From positions 1,022,083-1,086,082 of the forward strand of contig OY764335.1 of NCBI GenBank assembly GCA_963668445.1: a DNA stretch of 64,000 nucleotides, in the 5' to 3' direction. Source of the stretch: an uncultured candidatus Porisulfidus sp. Its GTDB lineage: Bacteria > Pseudomonadota > Gammaproteobacteria > Poriferisulfidales > Poriferisulfidaceae. Positions within the stretch are counted from its first letter, which is position 1. The number at the start of each line of letters is the position of its first letter. The notes beneath the pieces are model-generated. The model had not been told where the DNA came from. It saw nothing but the letters and a program-made list of their open reading frames with translations, and searched no databases. The translations under genes and the position numbers were made by a program. Of this stretch, positions 40,428 through 49,465 are shown piece by piece.

Positions 40428-41149
40428 TGGCAACGCGGCTCTTCTTCGGACTCTGGCTCCTGCTCGGATTAGGCATGCCCGCCATAGCCGACAAGGCGAC
40501 CCCGCAAATCCTTGATGGACTTTGGCGCGGCACATTCGATATCAATAATCAAGGACGCTACGACTTCACGGCCTTGTACGTCGGCGGGCAAGTCGCCGCC
40601 TACAGCGTGGACTCCAACGTGGTCTACCGCGGCACCGTCATCGGCGACGACAAGACCTACCAGTCGAACATGTCCATGTTCATCCGAGACGGCTCCATGT
40701 TTGCCACGGTGCAACTGGAAGGCACCGTCGGCAATCAAACCCGGTCCATTGTTGCACGCTACCGCACGAGCGCCGACGATACCGGCTCGCTAGGCCTCGT
40801 CTACGACCCCGGCTTCGAACGCCCTGTCGCCCTAAACACGCTGGAAGGACTCTGGGAATTCTCGTACAAGAAAGGCAGCATCAGCATCAATATCAACGCT
40901 ATCGGAGAAATCAAAGGCACAGACAGCGAAGGCTGCAACCACTACGGCACCTTACAACCTGCCCGCCCAGGCATCAATGCCCTCGCCATCCAAGTGGAAC
41001 TGGCGTCATGCGGCACTGCGGACGGCCAATACGCGGGCATGGCTTACATTGCCGACGGGCAGGCCACCGGCGACACGCTGCACTGGAACGTTACGGGCAC
41101 GCATTTCGGCATGTACTACCCGCTGCGGCGGGTCGCGTCAGCGCCCTAG
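40427..41149 (+). CDS. Hypothetical secreted protein, two tandem beta-rich domains
   Basis: TGATG coupling to DUF6580; signal peptide MATRLFFGLWLLLGLGMPAIA; LDGLWRG and LEGLWEF repeats; Cys pair GCN/SCG. Confidence 0.75.
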   Translation: MATRLFFGLWLLLGLGMPAIADKATPQILDGLWRGTFDINNQGRYDFTALYVGGQVAAYSVDSNVVYRGTVIGDDKTYQSNMSMFIRDGSMFATVQLEGTVGNQTRSIVARYRTSADDTGSLGLVYDPGFERPVALNTLEGLWEFSYKKGSISININAIGEIKGTDSEGCNHYGTLQPARPGINALAIQVELASCGTADGQYAGMAYIADGQATGDTLHWNVTGTHFGMYYPLRRVASAP

Positions 41150-41923
41150 CTGCTGCCGGAAGAATTCGTGTGCCTGCCGCACCGCCGCTTGCGCGGCGCG
41201 GGCATTGTGCTCCACACGGTTGTTCAGATAAATGCCCTGTACGCCCGGCGCATCGAAACTGTGATAAGCCCCTTCGTACACCACCAGCTGCACGCGCTCC
41301 GGGCGCACTTGCGTCATGACCTCGCAGCGATGCGCCGGCGTCCACGAATCCAAATCTCCGATCAGGATCAACAAATCGGTATGCGAATTGCGCAGCGTAT
41401 CCAAGCACCATGGCGAGATTGCGATGGCGCCGGCAAACGGCGCCTCTTCGTTCAGTTCGTCGTCCAGCGCCAACAGGACCGTCGTCGCCCCATGCGAAAA
41501 GCCTGTCAGATAAATCTGTTGCGGCTGCACCCATGTCTGCTGCGCCAGCCAGCGCTTCGCGCCATGCGCATCGCGCGCCCGGTGCCAAGTCGGCACCGCG
41601 AACAGGCTGCCGCATATATTGCTGAAGCCGCGCGGCTCGAAACTGTCGACCTGCAGCACGGCCATCCCCCATTCCAGATAATGCCCGACCCATGGCTTCG
41701 AGCGCACCGGCCAGATGCCGTTGCAACCATGCAAATCGACAATGGCCGGATACGGCCCCACGCCTTCGGGCCGGTACAGATACGCCACCAATTCGATGGT
41801 CGCATCGGATTCGTAAACCGGCACGCGGAGCGTCACCGTTTCCGGAGGCGGCAAGGCGACGGCGGCCGCCGCCTGCATGCCAAGCGCGACCGCCAGCAGG
41901 AACGAAGCCTTACGGACACACAT
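41138..41923 (-). CDS. Secreted dienelactone-hydrolase-family alpha/beta hydrolase
   Basis: Signal peptide, DLHGCNG, GFSHGA nucleophile elbow, IGDLDSW, YHSFD. Confidence 0.85.
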   Translation of the reverse strand: MCVRKASFLLAVALGMQAAAAVALPPPETVTLRVPVYESDATIELVAYLYRPEGVGPYPAIVDLHGCNGIWPVRSKPWVGHYLEWGMAVLQVDSFEPRGFSNICGSLFAVPTWHRARDAHGAKRWLAQQTWVQPQQIYLTGFSHGATTVLLALDDELNEEAPFAGAIAISPWCLDTLRNSHTDLLILIGDLDSWTPAHRCEVMTQVRPERVQLVVYEGAYHSFDAPGVQGIYLNNRVEHNARAAQAAVRQAHEFFRQQLGR

Positions 41924-42455
41924 GGCGAGCGAAGCGCCGATGCCAGTGCTGCAGGTCGGCCAGCGAATAGGCGGCATTGGCGGGACTGGGATTCGGCGTC
42001 ACGAAAATCCGCGTCGGCTTCACGACGCGCCGCTGCACGCCCCAGCGGATTTGCTCCGGCGCTTCATCCAGCGCGTATTTCAAAAAACTGCGGTACGCCT
42101 GCTTGCCATGAAACCACGCCCATTGCGGCCGGCAATCCTGCAGCAGCTGCAGCAGCCGCGGCGCATCGCGCCGAAAGTCTGCGGCCCGCAGTTCGTGTCC
42201 TTGGCGACTGGGCCGTTTGGCAACATCCGTAAAGCCGATGCGATCATGCCGCAAAAGCACCCGATGGTACCCCGGCGACGGCTCGCCGGAAGAATCGGCC
42301 AATCCAGAATCCGCAAAGGCCCGCCAGAAGCGATTGCGCGGATTGGCGAAATAGAAGCCCGCCCGCACCGACGGCACGGAGGGATTCAAGCCGACGGACA
42401 GGACGCGCAGATTAGCGGCCACGTAATCCGGTAGCGTCTCAGGTATGTCTTCCAT
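41910..42455 (-). CDS. mug: Mismatch-specific uracil/thymine DNA glycosylase (family 2)
   Basis: VGLNPS, YFANPRNRFW, IGFTDV, FHGKQAY, PNPSPAN. Confidence 0.88.
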   Translation of the reverse strand: MEDIPETLPDYVAANLRVLSVGLNPSVPSVRAGFYFANPRNRFWRAFADSGLADSSGEPSPGYHRVLLRHDRIGFTDVAKRPSRQGHELRAADFRRDAPRLLQLLQDCRPQWAWFHGKQAYRSFLKYALDEAPEQIRWGVQRRVVKPTRIFVTPNPSPANAAYSLADLQHWHRRFARHVCP

Positions 42456-43545
42456 GGCGTTGCGCTTCGTCCGGCTCAAACAAATCCGGTTGCGCGGAGG
42501 ACGCATGGAAGAGGTCGGTGCGCAGCGGCGCACGTTGCCGGTTCAATCCATGGCGTCGGCAGGCCAGCACAAAACGCTGCCGCAACAGTTGCGCGAATTC
42601 GCCCTGCCCGCTCAAGCGCCGCCCGAATTCCGGATCGTAGTCGGCGCCGCCATGCAGGCTGCGTACCGTGCGCATGATGCGTTCGGCACGATCGGGCACA
42701 TGCTGCTCCAGCCATTCGTGAAACAGCCGCTTGAGTTCATGCGGCAAACGCAGCACCACATAGCCGGCGCAACCCGCCCCCCGCTCTGCCACAGCCTCCA
42801 GAATCGATTCCAGTTCCACATCGTTCAAGAACGGAATCACCGGCGCCACCAAGACGCCGACGGGAATACCCGCCTGCGCCAGCGTCTGCACCAGCGCCAA
42901 GCGTGCGTGCGGAGCCCCGGCCCGAGGCTCGAGAATGCGGCTCAGCTTGGCATCCAGCGTGGTGACCGACACGACGACCTCCGCCAAGCCGTCTTGCGCC
43001 AGTTCCTCAAGGATGTCCCTGTCCCGCTCCAATAGTGGCGATTTCGTTATGGCCGAAACCGGGTGGCGGAACTGGCGCATGACATCGAGGATGGAGCGCG
43101 TAATCTTGAGTTGCCGCTCGATGGGCTGATATGCATCCGTGTTGTACCCCAATCCAATGGTGCGGCACGCATACCTCGGGGCGGCAAGTTCTGCGGCCAA
43201 AACCTCCGCCGCATTGACTTTACAGAAGATGCGCGTCTCGAAATCCAACCCGGGCGACAAGCCCAGATAGGCATGGTTGGGCCGCGCAAAGCAGTACACG
43301 CAACCATGTTCGCAGCCCCGGTAGGGATTGATGGAACGATCCAGTGCGATATCCGGAGATCGGTTGTAGCTGATCAAACTCTTCGCAGGCGCAGCAAAGT
43401 AGCGCGTCTCGCACGGCTCGTCTTCCCATTCGCGCCCGTCGTGCTGCAGTTCGATTTCCTCCGATTCGTAGCGCCCGGGCGGATTGCTGATGGCGCCGCG
43501 CCCTTTACGCGGCTTCCATTGGACGGGGTTCTCGGTAACATCCAT
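42439..43545 (-). CDS. PA0069/Rv2578c-family radical SAM protein (SplB-like)
   Basis: KGRGAISN, SINPYRGCEHGCVYCFARP, NTDAYQPIE, VAPVIPFLND. Confidence 0.88.
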   Translation of the reverse strand: MDVTENPVQWKPRKGRGAISNPPGRYESEEIELQHDGREWEDEPCETRYFAAPAKSLISYNRSPDIALDRSINPYRGCEHGCVYCFARPNHAYLGLSPGLDFETRIFCKVNAAEVLAAELAAPRYACRTIGLGYNTDAYQPIERQLKITRSILDVMRQFRHPVSAITKSPLLERDRDILEELAQDGLAEVVVSVTTLDAKLSRILEPRAGAPHARLALVQTLAQAGIPVGVLVAPVIPFLNDVELESILEAVAERGAGCAGYVVLRLPHELKRLFHEWLEQHVPDRAERIMRTVRSLHGGADYDPEFGRRLSGQGEFAQLLRQRFVLACRRHGLNRQRAPLRTDLFHASSAQPDLFEPDEAQRHGRHT

Positions 43546-43576
43546 GATTGTGCCTTCAGCCGATCGCGCAGGTGCA

Positions 43577-44050
43577 CTAAACGAAGCCGATTGCCCACTC
43601 GGCTGCCGCCAATGCAACGAGCGTCAGCACACCTGCCAAAACATCATCCATCATGATGCCAAAACCGCCGGAGAAGCGCCTCTCTGCCCAACCGACAGGT
43701 CCCGGCTTGGCAATGTCCAAGGCACGGAACAGCACGAATCCGGCCACCGCCCAAACCCAGCCGCGCGGCGCCGCCGTCATCGCCACCAAATAGCCGACCA
43801 TCTCATCCCAGACAACTTCCTTCGGGTCAACCGCATGCAGCATCGCGGCCGCCCGATGACAGATCCAGATGCCTGCGACCATCATGCCCCCGACGACCAG
43901 TACATAGACCGACCAAGCATACGCGGAAAGCCCGAAATACAGTACCGCCCCCAGCAGCGTTCCTGCCGTGCCCGGCGCTTTCGGGAAGTAGCCCGTCCCG
44001 AAGCCGGTCGCCAGCGTCAAAATCAGGAGGCGCGTGGCGGCTCGCATCAT
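43577..44050 (-). CDS. pgpA: Phosphatidylglycerophosphatase A
   Basis: GFGTGYFPKAPGT, VVWDEMVG, FRALDIAKP, GIMMDDVLAG. Confidence 0.93.
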   Translation of the reverse strand: MMRAATRLLILTLATGFGTGYFPKAPGTAGTLLGAVLYFGLSAYAWSVYVLVVGGMMVAGIWICHRAAAMLHAVDPKEVVWDEMVGYLVAMTAAPRGWVWAVAGFVLFRALDIAKPGPVGWAERRFSGGFGIMMDDVLAGVLTLVALAAAEWAIGFV

Positions 44051-44997
44051 CCCGGATTCGTAAAATGGTCGTGGCCCAGTTCCGCGGGCAGGGCCACGGC
44101 CGCGCCGTCGTGCGTCACATGCAGTTCGGAACCGGCAATGACCGACCCAATGCGGGCCACCGGAAGATCCAGCGACGCAGCCGCCGCCTGAACGGCATCC
44201 CATGCGTGCTCCGGCGCGGTGAAGACCAATTCGTAATCTTCGCCGCCGCCCAAGATCTCGAACCAGTTCCCGTGCTGCGACAGTTCGGCCGCGACCGGTG
44301 CGGACAACGGCACCTGCGCCAGTTCCACGCGGGCACCCACCCGGCTCGCTTGCAGCAACCGCCGCAAATCCAAAAGCACTCCGTCCGACACGTCCATCGC
44401 CGCATGCGCATGCCCGCGAAGACGACGCCCGAAGGCAATTCTCGGTTCAGGCCGCTGCAAGCGCGCCACGCAGGATTCGATCCCGGCACGATCCGGAAAC
44501 AGCCGCGCCAGCCGCGCATCGCCCAAGGTGCCCGTCACGCCGACCGCATCGTCGACTTGCGCCGCATCGCGGCGCAATGCCGAAGCCTCGCCTTCCAAAG
44601 TGCCCAGCACGGTAATCGTTGCCGCCAACGCCCCGCACGACAGGTCGCCTCCGGCCAAGGCGATGCCGTAGCGCTGCGCCAACCCCTGCAGGCCGCGGCT
44701 GAAGCCCGCAAGCCACGGCTCGTCAATGCGCGGCATGGCCAGCGCCAACGTAAAGCAGACGGGCGACGCGCCCATCGCAGCCAAATCGCTCAGATTGACC
44801 GCCAGCGCCTTGAATCCGACATCTTCCGGATCCGTGTTCGAGTCGAAATGGGCGCCCTGCAAAAAAAGATCCGTACTGATGGCGCAAACGCCCGGCGGCA
44901 GCCGCAGCAGAGCCGCATCATCTCCAGGACCAAGAATCAGAGCTGAAGCATTCGCATCGAAGCTGAAGTATTTCCGAATCAGCGCATCTTCGCTCAT
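44047..44997 (-). CDS. thiL: Thiamine-monophosphate kinase
   Basis: GPGDDAA, KALAVNLSDLAAMGA, GGDL, MDVSDG, GGEDYEL. Confidence 0.95.
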   Translation of the reverse strand: MSEDALIRKYFSFDANASALILGPGDDAALLRLPPGVCAISTDLFLQGAHFDSNTDPEDVGFKALAVNLSDLAAMGASPVCFTLALAMPRIDEPWLAGFSRGLQGLAQRYGIALAGGDLSCGALAATITVLGTLEGEASALRRDAAQVDDAVGVTGTLGDARLARLFPDRAGIESCVARLQRPEPRIAFGRRLRGHAHAAMDVSDGVLLDLRRLLQASRVGARVELAQVPLSAPVAAELSQHGNWFEILGGGEDYELVFTAPEHAWDAVQAAAASLDLPVARIGSVIAGSELHVTHDGAAVALPAELGHDHFTNPG

Positions 44998-45056
44998 GGC
45001 ATCATGCGCGGCCTTGCGGACTTGCAGCGCACTGGCCCGAAACAGCCTCTGCGCGG

Positions 45057-45527
45057 CTATGCGGCATGCGGCCCGCGCAGAGTTCCAGCCACCTTGTCGA
45101 GCACCGCATTGACGTATTTGCTGCCTTTTTCCGTGCCGAACTGGCCGGCAAGCTGCGTTGCTTCCGCGAGCACCACCGCAAGCGGCACATTCGGGCAGTG
45201 CCGGAATTCATAGCAAGCGATGCGCAGCACGGCGCGTTCCACCGGATCAATCCGCTCCAGAGACCGGTCGAGGACGGGAAGCAGAGGCTCCTGCAATTCG
45301 TCCTTATGCGCCAGAACGCCGCAAACCAGCTGCTTGAAATATTCGGCATCGGCGCGCTCGGCATCCTGGATGCCCAGAAACTGTTCCAGCAGACCCTCGG
45401 CATCCTCTCCGGATACGTCCCATTGGTAGAGCGCTTGCAGGGCCAGCCTGCGCGCCCAATGCTTGGCGCGATGCTCCGCATGCTGCGACTCGCGAGATTC
45501 ATCCGTTTCAGTCGTCGTCGTCGTCAT
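45057..45527 (-). CDS. nusB: Transcription antitermination factor
   Basis: ARRLALQALYQW, ERAVLRIACYE, KYVNAVLD. Confidence 0.93.
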   Translation of the reverse strand: MTTTTTETDESRESQHAEHRAKHWARRLALQALYQWDVSGEDAEGLLEQFLGIQDAERADAEYFKQLVCGVLAHKDELQEPLLPVLDRSLERIDPVERAVLRIACYEFRHCPNVPLAVVLAEATQLAGQFGTEKGSKYVNAVLDKVAGTLRGPHAA

Positions 45528-46089
45528 CGTCGTCAAGCCAATCATCGAACACTTCAATCATCTCCAGAGCGGCGATAGCGGCTTCGGCCCCCTTGTTGCT
45601 GCGCCTCCTCTCGGCACTGCTGCCAGTCCCGTGCGGCCGGCGCTCTGCATCCTCCCAATCATCCAGAATCACCGAACGATCTTCTGCCTGCTGCGCATCA
45701 TCGGCCGTCAACACGCCGAAAATCACCGGGATGTCCGAGTTCCGCGCCAGTTCCGCAATGCCCCGAGCGCATTCGCCGGCCACGTAATCGAAATGCGGGG
45801 TCTGCCCGCGAATCACGCAGCCGAGGACGATGACCGCATCGAACGAGCGCGACTCGACGCACAGCCGCGCAGCCGCAGGCAATTCGAAAGCACCCGGAAC
45901 CCGAACCAGTTCGATATTGCCGAGTACCGCGCCGCGCCCTGCCAGCACCGCCGCCGCGCCTTCGACCAGCCGGTCCACGACCGCCTCATTGAAGCGCGCC
46001 GCCACGATGGCAAAATCCATGCCCCGGTCGGCCAGCGCCCGCATTTCGTCCGGCTCGCGAAGCTTTTTCAGAAAGGTGAGCTTCGTCAT
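45508..46089 (-). CDS. ribH: Lumazine synthase with loop insertion and poly-Asp tail (193 aa)
   Basis: ARFNE, VPGAFELP, LGCVIRGQTPHFDYV, FGVLT, NKGAEAA. Confidence 0.93.
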   Translation of the reverse strand: MTKLTFLKKLREPDEMRALADRGMDFAIVAARFNEAVVDRLVEGAAAVLAGRGAVLGNIELVRVPGAFELPAAARLCVESRSFDAVIVLGCVIRGQTPHFDYVAGECARGIAELARNSDIPVIFGVLTADDAQQAEDRSVILDDWEDAERRPHGTGSSAERRRSNKGAEAAIAALEMIEVFDDWLDDDDDDDD

Positions 46090-47189
46090 TGTTCGATGTA
46101 TTCCTCCACTTCCAAGCCAAAGCCGCCCAAGCCATGCAGTACTTGCGGCGCACTCATGAGCCGCATCCGGCATACGCCGAGGTCGACCAGAATCTGCGAT
46201 CCAGTGCCCAGCACCCGCCGGTCGGTCGGCGTGCTTCGGGAACGCGGCGCAACGGGGTCATTGTGCAACATTCGGACGCGTTCGATCAATCGCGCCGGAG
46301 CTTCCGGCCAACGCAGGATCACGGCTACTCCGGTGCCTTCCTCAGCAATGCGCCGCAATGCCGCACGCAACGGCCATCCGAGATTCGGATCGGTTCCAAG
46401 TGCCGCATCGCTGAGCGTATTTTGCACATGCACGCGCACCAAGGTCGCCGCATCGGGCTGCACGTCTCCTGCCACCAGCGCCAAGTGCACGGTCTCCGCA
46501 GTCAGGTCTTCATACGCCACCAGTTCGAATTCTCCGTAATCCGTCGGCAAGCGGCAACTGGCACTGCGGCGCACGGTCGGTTCAATTTCCATGCGGTAGC
46601 GGATCAGATCTTCGATGGTGCCGATTTTGAGGTCATGCTCCTGCGCCAGCTTCTCCAGTTGCGGGCGCCGCGCCATGGTGCCGTCCTCATTCAGGATCTC
46701 CACGATGACTGCGGCCGGCTCCAAACCAGCCAAACGCGCCAGGTCGCAACCGCCTTCCGTATGGCCGGCCCGTGTCAGCACGCCGCCGGGCTGCTGCATG
46801 AGGCACTGCAGATGCCCCGGCTGCAGAATATCGGAGGCGTTCGCCTCCGCAGCAACGGCGGCCCGAATCGTGGCTGCCCTGTCATGCGCCGACACGCCGG
46901 TCGCGATGCCTTTGCGCGCATCGATGGTGAAAGTGAAATTGGTGCGGTGCGCCTCATCCGTCGACGAATCCATCAGCGGCAGCCGCAGCCGCTCGCAACG
47001 CTCCTGAGTCAGTGCCAAGCACAGAAGCCCGCGGCCGTGCTGGATCATGAAATTGATATGCTCCGGCGTTGCCAGAGCGGCGGCCACCACCAGATCGCCT
47101 TCGTTTTCGCGCGCTTCGTCATCGGCCAGCACAATCATGCGCCCGGCGCGCAGCTCCCGGATGAGTTCTTCCGTCGTATTGAAGTTCAT
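46086..47189 (-). CDS. ribB: DHBP synthase fused to a degenerate GTP cyclohydrolase II domain (RibBX type)
   Basis: DDEARENEGDL, TNFTFTID, RAGHTEG; C-domain RVHVQNTLSD lacks the Zn-binding Cys residues. Confidence 0.9.
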   Translation of the reverse strand: MNFNTTEELIRELRAGRMIVLADDEARENEGDLVVAAALATPEHINFMIQHGRGLLCLALTQERCERLRLPLMDSSTDEAHRTNFTFTIDARKGIATGVSAHDRAATIRAAVAAEANASDILQPGHLQCLMQQPGGVLTRAGHTEGGCDLARLAGLEPAAVIVEILNEDGTMARRPQLEKLAQEHDLKIGTIEDLIRYRMEIEPTVRRSASCRLPTDYGEFELVAYEDLTAETVHLALVAGDVQPDAATLVRVHVQNTLSDAALGTDPNLGWPLRAALRRIAEEGTGVAVILRWPEAPARLIERVRMLHNDPVAPRSRSTPTDRRVLGTGSQILVDLGVCRMRLMSAPQVLHGLGGFGLEVEEYIEQ

Positions 47190-47800
47190 GAGGCGTGCCT
47201 CTCCTCCAGCAATTGCTCCATGTACCGGGCCAGAAGATCCACTTCCAGATTGACCCGCTGCTGCGGCTGGTAATCCCCGGCGATCGTAATCGCGCACGTA
47301 TGCGGAATCAGCATCGCCCTGAAGCCTTCTTCGCGCACTTCGGCAATCGTCAGGCTGATGCCGTCCACGCACACCGACCCGCGCGGAGCCAAATAGCGGC
47401 GCAACTGCGCCGGCGGCCTGATCTCGAGTTCGCGGCTTTCGCCACGCTGCTTAATATACGTAATGGCGGCCGTGGCGTCCACATGCCCGCTCACCAGATG
47501 CCCGCCCATCGGATCGCCCGCACGCAAGGCCGGCTCCAAATTCACCTTGGCGCTCATCGGCACCAGCGACATCAGCGTGGTACGCGCCATGGTGGCCGTG
47601 CCCAAATCCACGCAGAACGAGCCGGACTCGACCTCGCAGGCGGTCAGGCATACGCCATTGACGGCGATGCTGTCGCCCACGCGAACGGCCTGCAGCCGTC
47701 CTGTTTCCGGATGTTCGATGCGCAAGCGCATGACTTGCTGCGCGTCGCGCATTTCGCTGTCGGCGATGCGGCCGCAAGCTTCGACGATGCCCGTGAACAC
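47186..47800 (-). CDS. ribE: Riboflavin synthase (alpha chain)
   Basis: GTG start MFTGIVE, GDSIAVNGVCLT, GGHLVSGHVD, VNLEVD. Confidence 0.93.
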   Translation of the reverse strand: MFTGIVEACGRIADSEMRDAQQVMRLRIEHPETGRLQAVRVGDSIAVNGVCLTACEVESGSFCVDLGTATMARTTLMSLVPMSAKVNLEPALRAGDPMGGHLVSGHVDATAAITYIKQRGESRELEIRPPAQLRRYLAPRGSVCVDGISLTIAEVREEGFRAMLIPHTCAITIAGDYQPQQRVNLEVDLLARYMEQLLEERHAS

Positions 47801-47801
47801 T

Positions 47802-48917
47802 TCAAGATTCCCGGTAATAGCGCACGCGCGCATCCGGCCCCATGGCGCACACGTCCTGCAGCACCCAATCCAGATGCTCCGGCAAGTCCGAAGCCGGCGG
47901 CAGATGCGCCAGCGGCGCCGCCTCCGAACCCAAAAGCCGCGGCGCAATATAGACAATCATTTCATCCACCAGCTTCTGGCGCAGCAGCGCGCCCACGAAT
48001 TTCGCGCCCGCCTCGACCAGCACATCGTTCACTTCGCGCTCCTGCGCAAGATGCTCCAGCAACTGCGCCAGATTCAACCCGCGCCCTTCCGGCGCGATCA
48101 CGGCAAACTCCGTTTCGGACGGCAAGGCACGGCGCAGTTTGCCGACATGCTCGTCCAGCGTGCACACTAGGCACGGGCCCGACTCCCTCCACAGCACCAT
48201 GTCTCGGGTCAGTTCGCCGCGCCGGTCCAAGATCACGCGCCACGGCTGGCGCACCCGGTCCACTCCCAGTTCGGCCGCATCCATCCGCACATTGAGCCGG
48301 GCATCGTCGCGGATAACGGTGGCTGCCGTCGACAGTACGGCGCCGCTTTGCGCCCGCCAACGCTGCACGTCGGTGCGGGCTTCGCTGCCAGTGATCCATT
48401 GGCTGCGCCCATCGGCCAGCGCAGTGCCGCCATCCAAGCTCATGGCCTGCTTGACACGCACCCATGGGCGCCCGGCCGCCATGCGCCGCCAGAAGCCGCG
48501 GTTCAAATCCCGGGTGCGTTCCGCGCCCACACCAGTCGAGCATTTGATGCCCGCCTCCCGCAAGGCGGCATGCCCATGCCCGGAGACTTTCGGATTCGGA
48601 TCCTCGGAAGCCGACACCACCCGGGCGATGCCGGCGGCGATGACGGCGGGAGTGCAAGCGGGCGTCCGACCCTGATGCACGCATGGCTCCAGCGTGACGT
48701 ACAAGGTCGCGCCCTGCGCCTGAGCGCCCGCCTGCACCAAAGCAAGCGACTCCGCATGCGGTTCACCGGCGCGTCGATGGAAGCCGCGACCGACCGGAAT
48801 GCCATCAGCCACCACGAGGCAGCCGACACATGGGTTGGGAGCTGCAGTATAGCGGCCCCGCTCCGCCAATTCCAAAGCCTCGTCCATGAACCGGGCATCC
48901 GCATCCGGCACCTTCAT
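47802..48917 (-). CDS. ribD: Bifunctional pyrimidine deaminase/reductase
   Basis: PNPCVG, HAE, TLEPCVHQGRTPAC, SLDG, LVEAG. Confidence 0.95.
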   Translation of the reverse strand: MKVPDADARFMDEALELAERGRYTAAPNPCVGCLVVADGIPVGRGFHRRAGEPHAESLALVQAGAQAQGATLYVTLEPCVHQGRTPACTPAVIAAGIARVVSASEDPNPKVSGHGHAALREAGIKCSTGVGAERTRDLNRGFWRRMAAGRPWVRVKQAMSLDGGTALADGRSQWITGSEARTDVQRWRAQSGAVLSTAATVIRDDARLNVRMDAAELGVDRVRQPWRVILDRRGELTRDMVLWRESGPCLVCTLDEHVGKLRRALPSETEFAVIAPEGRGLNLAQLLEHLAQEREVNDVLVEAGAKFVGALLRQKLVDEMIVYIAPRLLGSEAAPLAHLPPASDLPEHLDWVLQDVCAMGPDARVRYYRES

Positions 48918-49435
48918 GACGCACGATCGTCCGGAGGACTGAACAGCAGAATCTGCCTCTCCCGTTCGGATTCGGGCAACGCCTGCTCCTCCCGCTCCAG
49001 AAGTTCGCGCCATTCGCGAATCGTGGCCACCTTCTCGAACACCGTGGCGTACAGAATGCACGCGATCTGATCCCGCTCCCGCAATTCGCTCAGCACCCAA
49101 TGGCCGATCATGCGGCTCGGCACCGTGCTTTGCGGATGCGCCTGCGCCCGGTTGGCGACCTGCTGGTACGCCTCGTCCAGAATGGCGGCGCTGTTCGGGC
49201 GGTTCTGCAAGGCCAGCTGCATGCTCCGCTGCAGCTTCCCTTCATCGAAAGCGACGCGCGTGCCGGTGCTCTTGACGACGTCCGGTAATTTCAAGCGCGG
49301 CTGCTCGTAGGTCGTGAAGCGCTGCGCGCAATTCGGATCCAGACACTCGCGCCGCCGGCGCACTCTGCCGCCACTCTCAACAAGGCGGGAATCGAGAACC
49401 TTCGTGTCGGCCGACTTGCAGAATGGGCATTGCAC
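48914..49435 (-). CDS. nrdR: Transcriptional repressor of ribonucleotide reductases
   Basis: CPFC..DTKVLDSR, RRRRECL..C..RFTTYE, ATP-cone. Confidence 0.95.
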   Translation of the reverse strand: MQCPFCKSADTKVLDSRLVESGGRVRRRRECLDPNCAQRFTTYEQPRLKLPDVVKSTGTRVAFDEGKLQRSMQLALQNRPNSAAILDEAYQQVANRAQAHPQSTVPSRMIGHWVLSELRERDQIACILYATVFEKVATIREWRELLEREEQALPESERERQILLFSPPDDRAS

Positions 49436-49465
49436 GGGAAACTCGGCACCGCTCGCCGGGGCAGA

